Source: an uncultured Gemmatimonadota bacterium
Lineage (GTDB): Bacteria; Gemmatimonadota; Gemmatimonadetes; Palauibacterales; Palauibacteraceae
Assembly (NCBI GenBank): GCA_913043255.1
Contig: CAJWLK010000005.1
Span: 46,224-110,223, forward strand
Direction of reading: 5' to 3'
Length of the DNA stretch: 64,000 nt
The notes beneath the pieces are model-generated. The model saw nothing but the letters and a program-made list of their open reading frames with translations, was not told where the DNA came from and made no database searches. Shown piece by piece: positions 1 to 8,894 of the stretch; the stretch's first letter is position 1; every line of letters begins with the position of its first letter. A program made the position numbers and the translations under genes.

Positions 1-390
1 AGTCAATAGGGCATCGATTTGGTTCGTCACCATCATCGTGCCTAATTCTGCTCCAATCCCTGCACCCATCCGGCCCGCGAGAACAATCGCTGTAAGAACT
101 GGCCCCAGCTCAGTAAGCATGCCTCCCACTACCCCGCCACCCACAATTTCTAGTGGAAGCCCCGGTGACATTTGGTAGGCAGTTTGTTGAGCCATGACTG
201 CACCCGACAGGCAGCCCATGAGGAGTACCAGCCCTAATCCGTCAAACCCGATCCGCCTGGCTTGAACGATCGTTTCTCCGACATAGTGTTTTGGTTTGCC
301 TAGTGAGGTTACGGTCGCCCAGAATAGGAGGCCGGCTCGCCCTGCATGAAGTGCAGCGTTTTCCACGGCGCGTCCACATGCAGCCACCAT
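1..390 (-). CDS. MlaE/YrbE-family ABC transporter permease, N-terminal part (runs off the window edge)
   Basis: Not in the ORF track. The reverse complement of 1..390 reads open from ATG (rc of 388-390): [17 protein letters not shown]...[35 protein letters not shown]. This parallels the MlaE-type permease at 61105..61962 ([35 protein letters not shown]). Confidence 0.6.
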   Translation of the reverse strand, partial: MVAACGRAVENAALHAGRAGLLFWATVTSLGKPKHYVGETIVQARRIGFDGLGLVLLMGCLSGAVMAQQTAYQMSPGLPLEIVGGGVVGGMLTELGPVLTAIVLAGRMGAGIGAELGTMMVTNQIDALLT

Positions 391-401
391 TTCGGTTATC
401 T

Positions 402-779
402 TCAAGGTTCTAAAGACTCCTTCCTGAGGGAGTCGAGCCGAAGCATAGCTTGGCCTGAACCGGGGAGGGGGGCATTTTCGAGCACCGCAACTCGGAGGCG
501 GATTGCTTCCCAGATTCGATCCATCATAACTAAGTCTCCGCCATGAACCTCTGCAAACTCGAGAAGCTCATCATCTGTGATTTCGAAGTTCTTTAGCACG
601 GATGCTTGAGCTGAGTCGCTCTGAGGCCTGTCCATGAAGCGGAGATGAGTTGTGGTCAAGTGTGCCATGATTTCGATGTAACGGTTCTCTTCAATAACCA
701 TGTCTGGTTTGCTACACGAACTGACAATGGTGATAAGTGCCAAAACTGCAGCAAGGTTCCAAAATCGTTCAGTATTCAC
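402..779 (-). CDS. hypothetical small lipoprotein
   Basis: 125-aa ORF with a hydrophobic signal peptide ending in a Cys ([11 protein letters not shown]). It is packed between the OPT transporter and the MlaE-like gene on the same strand. No recognisable domain. Confidence 0.5.
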   Translation of the reverse strand: MNTERFWNLAAVLALITIVSSCSKPDMVIEENRYIEIMAHLTTTHLRFMDRPQSDSAQASVLKNFEITDDELLEFAEVHGGDLVMMDRIWEAIRLRVAVLENAPLPGSGQAMLRLDSLRKESLEP

Positions 780-2881
780 TAGGTGGCCTTACGTGACGCC
801 AGATACAACCATGCGGTGAAACCAATTCCTGTTGCGATGCCGATTAACTGCGCAATGGGCTCAAACCCGACGGGGGCGATTCTGAGGACGTCAGTACTTT
901 GGGTGGCAGCAAATGGGATCGCGAGGAGTATCCCAACGAGGGCTTCACCGGTGATGAGGCCGGAGGCAAATAATAGTCCTCGTTGTTTTGCCTTATTGAT
1001 TTCTTCCCGCCCTCCACCAGAATTCTTAACACTTCGTGTGACGAGCCAGGCAATGATGCCGCCCACAAAAATAGGGACTTCTAGTTCTAGAGGGAGATAA
1101 ATTCCTACTGCAACCGCGAGCACGGGCACCCGAAAGCTCGCGCCGCGAGCTTCTAACGTTTTGTCTAGGGCGATGACGGTCGCCGCAATGATGCCACCAA
1201 TCGTGATCATGGGCCATGGAAGGTTGCGTGCAAATACACCATCCGCCACCGAAGCCATGAGTGTCGCTTGGGGTGCACTCAACATTTCGTTCGGATCCAT
1301 CCCCTCGCGTGGGAAGCTTCCTCCAAGTCCGTATGCTTCGTAGAGGAGGCCAAGGATGGGGGCGATGGCAAGTGCTCCTGCGATGACTCCGATCATTTGC
1401 ATGATCTGTTGTCGAAATGGGGTTGCTCCCACGATCCGCCCCGCCTTTAGGTCTTGCATATTGTCGCCCGCGATGGCTGCCGCGCACGCAACTACAGCTC
1501 CAACTAGGATTGCAGTTGTCGATGCTGAAAGTGCTTGTGCACCTGATACAGTGAAGTCGATTTGCGATCCTAGTAGCATGTATAAGATGAGTGAGATTAG
1601 CAGTATGGTCGCGATCGTTACACCCGAGATGGGATTGTTCGATGATCCGACTAAGCCTGCCATGTATCCGGCGACTGATGCGAATAGAAAACCGGCTGTG
1701 AGGGCAAATAGAGTGCCAATTGCTAAAGCTCCCCAGTAAAGCCCAGATGTGATTCCAAGTGCCGTTTGATCGACGACTAGCATGAAGACCAGAAAAATTG
1801 GTACTGCCAATGCGATCGTTCCTATTCCAACTATGGTGATGGGGGTGTCACGCTCCGTCCGCGGCACCTGATCCCCACCGTGGGTGCGGGAAACCCGAAC
1901 CGCCTCTAGGGATGACCTGACCCCTTCACGGACTGCACCAAGTAGTGATACGAGTGCCCAGACGCCACCAACGACCATCGCCCCGACTCCCATATATCGG
2001 ATCTGTGCACTCCATACACTTTGTGCTGCGGAATAACCGGTTGCATCGCCCACAATCGCCGCGACCACTTCGGGGTCTGCTATCGCCAGATAGATGGGGA
2101 TTCCTAGCATCCATGAGATGAGCCCTCCGGCGAGAACAAGACACCCGACGAGAGGACCGACGATGTACCCCACTCCGAGGAGAGAGGGCGAAAGATCCGT
2201 TCCGAAGCCGAAGATTGAGCGGCCGGCTGTCAGTGATCCGTGTATTGAGCTTTGAGCAATCTTGAGTCCTGTTTGGGATAGCTTGAGAAGGGCGGCGGCG
2301 ATCCCACCTATAGCGATGAGTTTAGCTCCGGACCCACGCTCTGTCCCGGCTTTGAGGACCTCTGCTGTCGCGACACCTTCGGGAAAACGGAGGTCCGCTT
2401 CGATCACGAGTGCTCGACGTAGGGGAACGGTGAACAGAACGCCAAGCACCCCCCCACATAGCGCAATCCCCATTGTCGGAAGGAAGGGAAACCCTGCCCA
2501 GTGTTGAAGGATGATTAGTGCGGGGAAGGTGAAGATGACTCCAGCAGCTAGTGATTCTCCCGCCGAAGCCGCTGTTTGCACTATATTGTTCTCGAGGATG
2601 TTGTGATTTCGGAACATTCTCAAGATTGCCATTGAAATCACTGCAGCTGGTATAGAAGCAGATACCGTCATCCCCACCTTAAGACCAAGATATGCGTTCG
2701 CGCCTGCGAGAACTGCTGCAAGGATAAGCCCGAGTAGAACCGCCTTAAGCGTGATCTCAGGCAGTGCCTGCGAGGCTGGGATATATGGCTTATGTCCGTC
2801 CGACGTCCGCTCAACCCCGATTGGGTGGGACATACGGGCTCCTCTTCGGTTTTCGGAGTTTGAGTGGTGGTACGATTCCAT
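779..2881 (-). CDS. OPT-family oligopeptide transporter
   Basis: 700-aa polytopic membrane protein. Motifs are typical of bacterial OPT transporters (GLKVGMTVSASIPAAVISMAILR, SSNNPISGVTIATIL). Confidence 0.85.
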   Translation of the reverse strand: MESYHHSNSENRRGARMSHPIGVERTSDGHKPYIPASQALPEITLKAVLLGLILAAVLAGANAYLGLKVGMTVSASIPAAVISMAILRMFRNHNILENNIVQTAASAGESLAAGVIFTFPALIILQHWAGFPFLPTMGIALCGGVLGVLFTVPLRRALVIEADLRFPEGVATAEVLKAGTERGSGAKLIAIGGIAAALLKLSQTGLKIAQSSIHGSLTAGRSIFGFGTDLSPSLLGVGYIVGPLVGCLVLAGGLISWMLGIPIYLAIADPEVVAAIVGDATGYSAAQSVWSAQIRYMGVGAMVVGGVWALVSLLGAVREGVRSSLEAVRVSRTHGGDQVPRTERDTPITIVGIGTIALAVPIFLVFMLVVDQTALGITSGLYWGALAIGTLFALTAGFLFASVAGYMAGLVGSSNNPISGVTIATILLISLILYMLLGSQIDFTVSGAQALSASTTAILVGAVVACAAAIAGDNMQDLKAGRIVGATPFRQQIMQMIGVIAGALAIAPILGLLYEAYGLGGSFPREGMDPNEMLSAPQATLMASVADGVFARNLPWPMITIGGIIAATVIALDKTLEARGASFRVPVLAVAVGIYLPLELEVPIFVGGIIAWLVTRSVKNSGGGREEINKAKQRGLLFASGLITGEALVGILLAIPFAATQSTDVLRIAPVGFEPIAQLIGIATGIGFTAWLYLASRKAT

Positions 2882-2970
2882 AATATACAGTGAAATCGAC
2901 CGTTTGGAGGCTAGTTCGGGCTGCGGCGACGGTCAAGCCGACCTTGGCCTAGTGTCATCGGCTGTATTCC

Positions 2971-3687
2971 TTACCCCCTAAGTTTTCTGCGGTAAATCCG
3001 ATCTAGGATGTGGGGGTCGACTCCTAGATGAAACGCGGCGCGGAGTGTCCAGTGTGTGACTAGCGTTCGAAAAAAACCGTTTCTTTCCCATCTTCGCCTA
3101 GAGGTCAAAGCGCGGGAAGCGACTGGCTTGAATGCTGCAACTTTCCGGATTTGTTGCACGAAGGCGACATCTTCAAAAAGGGGAATTGCTTGAATGCCTC
3201 CTGTTTGCTCATAGGCAGTGCGAGTTGTGAAAACTGCTTGGTCTCCAGTGGCAGTTAAGAAACGTCGTGTGCGCCAGTTTACCGCACGTTCTAGTAAACG
3301 ATACCGTTTCTCATGCGCCACAGGACGCAAGGCGAACTCAAGGCAACCGGCTTCGATACCAGAAGTGAGGGCGTTATGGATAACGCTCCCTGCCTCTTCT
3401 TCCAACCAGGTGTCTGCGTGGAGGAACATCAACACGGTCCCATGCGCTTCTTGAGCCCCTCGCTTGAGTTGTTCACCTCGTGATGATGCAAATGGGATCA
3501 CTTGGGCTGATTGGTTGATGACCTGGGTGGTTCGATCTTGACTCCCACCATCGACGACAATGATCTCTACATTCGGGCCGAGGGCTATTTTGGCCCGACG
3601 AACTGTTTCTGCGATCTCACCTTCTTCGTCCAGCGTAGGGATAATTACCGAAAACGTAGGCCTTGAGATTTTACGGCCGACATTCAC
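2971..3687 (-). CDS. family 2 glycosyltransferase (small, soluble type)
   Basis: FSVIIPTLDEE...EIIVVDGGSQDRT...LMFLHADTWL is the GT2 nucleotide-sugar binding/DxD-type layout. It overlaps the upstream epimerase gene by 4 nt. Confidence 0.8.
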   Translation of the reverse strand: MNVGRKISRPTFSVIIPTLDEEGEIAETVRRAKIALGPNVEIIVVDGGSQDRTTQVINQSAQVIPFASSRGEQLKRGAQEAHGTVLMFLHADTWLEEEAGSVIHNALTSGIEAGCLEFALRPVAHEKRYRLLERAVNWRTRRFLTATGDQAVFTTRTAYEQTGGIQAIPLFEDVAFVQQIRKVAAFKPVASRALTSRRRWERNGFFRTLVTHWTLRAAFHLGVDPHILDRIYRRKLRG

Positions 3688-4115
3688 TCGTTCACTTCCT
3701 CACGGAGTTCGAGTAAAACCCCGTCCAGAGTTTTTGGGTGTACAAACGAAACGCGAGAACCAGCAGACCCTTGTCGGATTTTTGGTGGAATCGGTTCGAT
3801 TCCACGCGCCTCAGCTTGCTCGAGAGCCATTTCGAGATCAGGAACCCGAATACATACGTGGTGGAGCCCAGTCCCCCGTTTCTTGATGAAGCTTGCAATG
3901 GGTGAATCTTCGTTGATGGGAGCTATGAGTTCCACTCTCCCAGATCCTTTTCCGAAGAAAGCGACGTCCACCCCTTCGGATTCAACAGTTTCTCGGCCCG
4001 ACGACTGGCTTCCAAGTAGAGATGTCCAGCGTTCGATCGCTGGTTCCAGTGAGTTGACCGCGATTCCAATGTGGTCAATTATGGGCGATGGCGAAGATGT
4101 TTTGTTTTTGTCCAT
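3684..4115 (-). CDS. mce: methylmalonyl-CoA epimerase (VOC/glyoxalase fold)
   Basis: IDHIGIAVNSLE...VAFF...ELIAP...GLHHVCIRVPDL...SFVHPKTLDGVLLELRE matches the epimerase pattern of the VOC family. Size is 143 aa. Confidence 0.8.
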   Translation of the reverse strand: MDKNKTSSPSPIIDHIGIAVNSLEPAIERWTSLLGSQSSGRETVESEGVDVAFFGKGSGRVELIAPINEDSPIASFIKKRGTGLHHVCIRVPDLEMALEQAEARGIEPIPPKIRQGSAGSRVSFVHPKTLDGVLLELREEVNE

Positions 4116-4254
4116 AAGCTTGGAGATGTAGGTCTATAGGGTGGCGCCAATGCGCACTATATGACGAAACGTATCCAGCGAACGAGCGGGAGCCAACGAG
4201 TTCCTTATTAAATTCAAATAACTGTGCACGAGAAAATTGGGGAGAAATGCTGAA

Positions 4255-4593
4255 ATGAGTGAGACAATCGAGGGCGGTCCAGTCGAGATCACGGACGGCA
4301 ATTTCGAGGATCAAGTCGAGGCTGATGAAGGCCTCGTTATGGTGGATTTTTGGGCCGAGTGGTGTGGCCCGTGTCGCATGGTAGGACCTGTTATAGATGA
4401 ATTGGCGAAGGACTATGAAGGTCGGGTCACGGTAGGGAAGGTGGATGTGGACGCAAATCCGGCGACGGCGGCCCGGTTTAATGTGAGGTCGATTCCTAGC
4501 ATTCTGTTCTTCAAGAATGGTGAACTCGTGGATACCGTCGTTGGGATGCTTCCGAAGGCGGGTTTTGAACAAAAGATACTGGAGCACATGTAA
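4255..4593 (+). CDS. trxA: thioredoxin
   Basis: WCGPC active site with typical flanks (VDFWAEWCGPCRMV...ATAARFNVRSIPSILFFKNGE). I prefer ATG 4255 (GGGGAG about 10 nt upstream) over the track's TTG 4237. Confidence 0.9.
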   Translation: MSETIEGGPVEITDGNFEDQVEADEGLVMVDFWAEWCGPCRMVGPVIDELAKDYEGRVTVGKVDVDANPATAARFNVRSIPSILFFKNGELVDTVVGMLPKAGFEQKILEHM

Positions 4594-4677
4594 TAGGTTG
4601 TGTTTCGTGTGAGGCTACGGTTTCCGGCATAATGGGTTCGGGGGTCGTCGCCCTTTGAGTGGGAGCTGAGAGAACTT

Positions 4678-5529
4678 GTGAGCGGTACGCTCTTCGTCGT
4701 AGGGACTCCAATCGGGAATCTCGATGACGTGACCATCCGAGCTGCGGAGGTATTACGCGCGGTGGGAGTTTGTTATGCTGAGGATACGCGGCGTACACGC
4801 AAGCTGCTAGATCATTTGGGGGCCCGGACACCAATTAAATCTCTGCACCAACACAACGAACAGGCACGTGTCGAAGAGATTTTAAAGCAACTCAGATCAG
4901 GCGTGTCGCTGGCGTTGGTTTCAGACGCTGGGACACCAACCATATCGGATCCCGGTTGTCGAGTCTTACAGGCAGTTCTTGATGAGGGTGGGAGTGTGAG
5001 CCCGATTCCAGGACCATCGGCGGTAGTGAGCGCCCTCTCCGTATCAGGGTTTTCAGCTAACCGGTTCGCTTTTGTTGGGTTCCCGCCTAGGCGTGGAAAA
5101 GCGCGAGATGTTTGGATTTCCGATGTGGTATCAACTGAGGAGACGTTTGTGGTTTTTGAAGCTCCTAGACGGTTGGTGAAATTGCTTGACGATCTCGTCA
5201 AGGCAGGAATCGGAACGCGCCAAGCGGTCATATGCCGTGAACTGACCAAGCTGCACGAAGAGGTCGTGCCGGGTACGGTAACTGAGTTGGCGACTATATA
5301 TGGGGAAGGAAGTGTTAAAGGCGAGGTGACCATAGTTGTTTCGGGAGCGGTCGCCGTCACCGATGCGGCGCTAGATTTGGCGACAATGAGAGAAAGCTCA
5401 AAAATTTGGGCGAGGGAAGGCACTAGTCGTCGAGATATTGCAGAGCGTCTCGTAAGGGAGTTTGGTGTCGGTCGAAATCTGGCATATCGCCTGAGTATTC
5501 AGAAGGAAGAGGGCAGTGAGGATGAGTGA
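4678..5529 (+). CDS. rsmI: 16S rRNA (cytidine1402-2'-O)-methyltransferase
   Basis: GTLFVVGTPIGNLDDVTIRAAEVL...YAEDTRRTRKLLDHLG is the canonical RsmI N-terminus. Size is 283 aa. Confidence 0.9.
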   Translation: MSGTLFVVGTPIGNLDDVTIRAAEVLRAVGVCYAEDTRRTRKLLDHLGARTPIKSLHQHNEQARVEEILKQLRSGVSLALVSDAGTPTISDPGCRVLQAVLDEGGSVSPIPGPSAVVSALSVSGFSANRFAFVGFPPRRGKARDVWISDVVSTEETFVVFEAPRRLVKLLDDLVKAGIGTRQAVICRELTKLHEEVVPGTVTELATIYGEGSVKGEVTIVVSGAVAVTDAALDLATMRESSKIWAREGTSRRDIAERLVREFGVGRNLAYRLSIQKEEGSEDE

Positions 5530-8500
5530 GCGCTCTGGGTTTGATCGGCTCATAGCCGCTTGTGCAGCGGTGCGCACGCGCGCGGTCCTGACGACGGTTG
5601 TTCTCATGTTCAGTATTACAGGATTCGCAACTTTGGTTCTGGCCGTCCTCCCAACATCCATGAGAGAGGGACGTGGCTCAATTGTTCCCCTGATATTAGC
5701 CACTTTTATATGGCTTGGTTTTGCCATGGGAGCGTGGGTTGTTCGGAAGGTTTGGCAGACAATACAGCCGCGCCTACTAGCAGAAGAAGTAGATGAAGGT
5801 GTGGGTTTAGGGGCAGGCGATGTTCAGGTCGCACTTGAACTTGGTAGTACTCTCGGAACACAAGGGGCGTCTCTGGCTGAACTTCATCGCACACGAATCT
5901 CGATGGAAATTCTACGGTTCGCTCCCGACAAGTTACTCCCTCGGACAGGTCCACAATGGGTCCGTCGATCATATAGGTCTATTCTTCTGGGTCTAGCGAT
6001 CTTTGCGATGCTAACAGTTATGGCTTGGGTTAGACCGGAACCCATGGTCTCGGCAGTATTAGCGCTTGGTTCCCCTTGGCGCACTGCGTTTCCACCACCG
6101 CTCCCCGCTTTACAACTATCGGGCTCGACGGGGGTTCCACGCGGTGATCGCGGTCTTGTTGAGGTGTCCGCCGTTGGACGAGAAACTGTTTTGCTAGCAT
6201 CGCGAGGAACTGCAGGTAGAGTTCTACGGCAAACAGTTGCTATAGATAATGATGGTTTAGCCGAGGCCTATACGAACCCAATCCACACTGTGACTTTTGT
6301 CTGGGTGGAAGACGATGACGGTTCGATGAGCGATACCCTCCGTGTGTACCCGTTAGAACCACTCCTTGTTCAAGATCTCCAAGTGCTCGTGCAATATCCA
6401 CGCTACTTAGGTCGGGAATCAGAATCTCACCGTGGCCAGATTCCACCACTTATTCTCCCCGAAGGGACTCGACTGACGATTTCTGGTGAAACAAATCTTG
6501 AACTGGACGCGGGATCTTTCGCTTGGGCACCTGAGATGGAGAATCCGGCGGGCACCCGAGTCCGTGAAATCCCTCTCGAAGTTTTGAATACGAGATTCAG
6601 TGCAACATGGATTCCGCGGGTAACAGGGTTCTGGCGCTGGAATCTCGAGGCTTCTGACTCAATGGGCAGCCCCGTAACTCCCGATCCAATCAGAGTTCTG
6701 ATCGTTCCAGATCAACTACCTCGTATCGAGCTTCTTTATCCTGCTCGAGATACTACGCTCGGATTCGAGAAAGTAATGCCGATTGTTGTAGATGTTGAAG
6801 ATGATATTGAGTTAGTTCGCGTAGCCTTACGGACATGGAGATCTGGGTTGGGAGAAGAGCAAGCGGAACATAGGGAAGATCTCATGCCGGCACCGGCGGG
6901 CACGCGAAGGTCTGTGTTTCGACATCTGATCGATCGGAGCAGTGACAACTTGTTGCCGGGAGATACGGTATTTTACGTATTCGAGGCTTTTGATCGGAAC
7001 CCCTCACGAGGCCCTGCAGTGTCGGATGTGTTCACGCTTCGAGTGCCAACTTTCACTGAGATTCGTGACCAACGGGCTGAAGGTCAGGAAGCTCTTGTGG
7101 ATGCGGCGCGTGAGCTTGAGGAAAGAATGGAAGCCTTGGCGGAGGCAGCTGCGGATGCGGCGCGGCAAGCGGATACTGAAGAAGGTGATTCGGAGGAGGC
7201 ACAATTCGCTGCAACAGAGGAGGCTCGAAGTGTCTTGGAAGAGGCTGAGCGTGCCGATGAGGATCTCACGGATTTGGATGAAGAGCTTCAACGGTTACGT
7301 GATGAGTTAGCTCAGTCACCTATTTCAGATCCGGCACTTAAAGAACAATTGGAAAAACTAGGGGAACGCTATGAAGAATTGGTTGCCGAAGGATTGACCG
7401 AACGAATCGAAGAGCTTTCAGATGCCTTGCGCGACTTGGATTCGGAGGCGATGCGGGCTGCTCTCGAGGCGATGGGCGATGATTCTGAGCGACTTCGAGA
7501 GCAGCTGGAACAAACCCTGGGGTTGCTCGAGCAGGCAGCTTTTGAGCAGGCGATGAAAGCAACACAGGCTTCAGCAGATGACTTGGCTGAGGCACAGCGA
7601 AATCTGGCAGATGAGAAGGACGCGGAACTCTTCCAAGCAGAGCAGGCAGAACTCGCAGAACGGGCCGAGGACTTAATCGATCGATTGGAAGCTCTTCAGG
7701 AAGAGCTTTCGGACTCCGGACGCGAAATGGCGGCAGATTCCGCAGCGATAGCGGAGCACCGCACTCAAGAGGCTGTCGAGAAAATGGATCAGGCGCAGGG
7801 CGAGTTTTCTGAGGTGGAGTCCAGTGATATGGGCGAGGTCAGTCAAGGCCAGCAGTCTGCGGCGGAAGAAGCAGCGGAAGCCTTAGAGAGCGCCGCGAGT
7901 GCACTTGGTTCATCTCAACAGGGTATGAGTGGTGAGACGAATGAATCCGCTGTTCAATCGCTTGCGCACGCACGCACAGAAGCGCTTGCCTTGGCGGGAG
8001 AAGAAGGCCGTTTAGCCGATGCGACACGTGGAGAGAATACTGCGGACCCCATGGATTGGCGTGCAGAACAGGGGGCTGTACGACAGGGCCTAGAAAATTT
8101 ACTCCGACGCCTTTCGGACTCCGGTAATCAGGCAGCTATGTTGGATCAAGAAACAGGGGCTGCGGCTGGGAATGCAGTGAAGCAGATGGACCAGTTGCTT
8201 GATCGCTTGTCTGAAGATGGGGGTCGGAGATTGCCGTCACGAGCTGAAGCAGAAGACATTCAAGATTCGCTGAATGAACTGGCTCAACGTCTCCTTGTAA
8301 GCGAACAGGCGGCGCAAGCTTCGAGGGAGGAGTCAGCCGGCCAGGAGGCAGTTGAACAGATGGCGCAATTAGCACAACAACAGCAAATGGTGACCCAACA
8401 GACAAGTTCGATGCTTGTGCCTGGACCTAAGCCGGTGGGGCAGGAGCAAATACAGGAGCAATTGGTTAGGCGACAGGAAGAGATTGCTAACGAACTCGGA

Positions 8501-8893
8501 GAGGTTGAGGACCAGGAAAGCGATTTGCTGGGCAGGCCGGAAGAACTGGCACTAGAGGCCGCAGAATTAGCGAGGCGACTTGAGCTTCAAGGACCTACTC
8601 AGGAGACCCTTGAGCGACAACGCCAGCTCTTTCGCCGCATGCTTGATGCCGGTCGTTCCCTTGAGGACGAGGATCTCGATCCGAACCGACGGGAGTCAGA
8701 AGCCGCTACAGCAGCCTCTCGGGAACCGCCGCCGATTGACCCGGCTCTGATTCGAGAACGTCAGTTTCCGCTCCCGTTGGAGGCACTCCTTCACGACTTG
8801 CCGGCATTTTATCGTCCTTTGATCTTCAACTACTTTGATCGTTTAAACCGATCTTCTTTGGGTTCGACAAGAACTCCACGGCGGGATCCTTAG
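5516..8893 (+). CDS. hypothetical giant membrane-anchored acidic coiled-coil protein
   Basis: 1125-aa ORF. It has hydrophobic helices near the N-terminus (VLTTVVLMFSITGFATLVLAVL, IVPLILATFIWLGFAMGAWVV, SILLGLAIFAMLTVMAWV). A beta-rich middle is followed by about 500 aa of E/A/L/Q/D-rich predicted coiled coil. The C-terminus carries LPAFYRPLIFNYFDRLNR. The start (GTG 5516 or ATG 5522) overlaps the rsmI stop. Confidence 0.7.
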   Translation: MRMSERSGFDRLIAACAAVRTRAVLTTVVLMFSITGFATLVLAVLPTSMREGRGSIVPLILATFIWLGFAMGAWVVRKVWQTIQPRLLAEEVDEGVGLGAGDVQVALELGSTLGTQGASLAELHRTRISMEILRFAPDKLLPRTGPQWVRRSYRSILLGLAIFAMLTVMAWVRPEPMVSAVLALGSPWRTAFPPPLPALQLSGSTGVPRGDRGLVEVSAVGRETVLLASRGTAGRVLRQTVAIDNDGLAEAYTNPIHTVTFVWVEDDDGSMSDTLRVYPLEPLLVQDLQVLVQYPRYLGRESESHRGQIPPLILPEGTRLTISGETNLELDAGSFAWAPEMENPAGTRVREIPLEVLNTRFSATWIPRVTGFWRWNLEASDSMGSPVTPDPIRVLIVPDQLPRIELLYPARDTTLGFEKVMPIVVDVEDDIELVRVALRTWRSGLGEEQAEHREDLMPAPAGTRRSVFRHLIDRSSDNLLPGDTVFYVFEAFDRNPSRGPAVSDVFTLRVPTFTEIRDQRAEGQEALVDAARELEERMEALAEAAADAARQADTEEGDSEEAQFAATEEARSVLEEAERADEDLTDLDEELQRLRDELAQSPISDPALKEQLEKLGERYEELVAEGLTERIEELSDALRDLDSEAMRAALEAMGDDSERLREQLEQTLGLLEQAAFEQAMKATQASADDLAEAQRNLADEKDAELFQAEQAELAERAEDLIDRLEALQEELSDSGREMAADSAAIAEHRTQEAVEKMDQAQGEFSEVESSDMGEVSQGQQSAAEEAAEALESAASALGSSQQGMSGETNESAVQSLAHARTEALALAGEEGRLADATRGENTADPMDWRAEQGAVRQGLENLLRRLSDSGNQAAMLDQETGAAAGNAVKQMDQLLDRLSEDGGRRLPSRAEAEDIQDSLNELAQRLLVSEQAAQASREESAGQEAVEQMAQLAQQQQMVTQQTSSMLVPGPKPVGQEQIQEQLVRRQEEIANELGEVEDQESDLLGRPEELALEAAELARRLELQGPTQETLERQRQLFRRMLDAGRSLEDEDLDPNRRESEAATAASREPPPIDPALIRERQFPLPLEALLHDLPAFYRPLIFNYFDRLNRSSLGSTRTPRRDP

Positions 8894-8894
8894 C

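Noticed and set aside
2971-3687. The small GT2 resembles, from memory, the glycosyltransferase family described as associated with radical-SAM/selenodomain proteins. This would tie in with the Sec machinery.
   Set aside because: None of the partner genes (radical SAM protein, second transferase, phosphoesterase) is adjacent. I cannot confirm family membership without an HMM search, so I left it as a generic GT2.
3785-3806. T-arm-like sequence GGTGGAATCGGTTCGATTCCAC, suggestive of a tRNA.
   Set aside because: It lies inside the epimerase coding sequence. The flanks do not form acceptor, D or anticodon arms.
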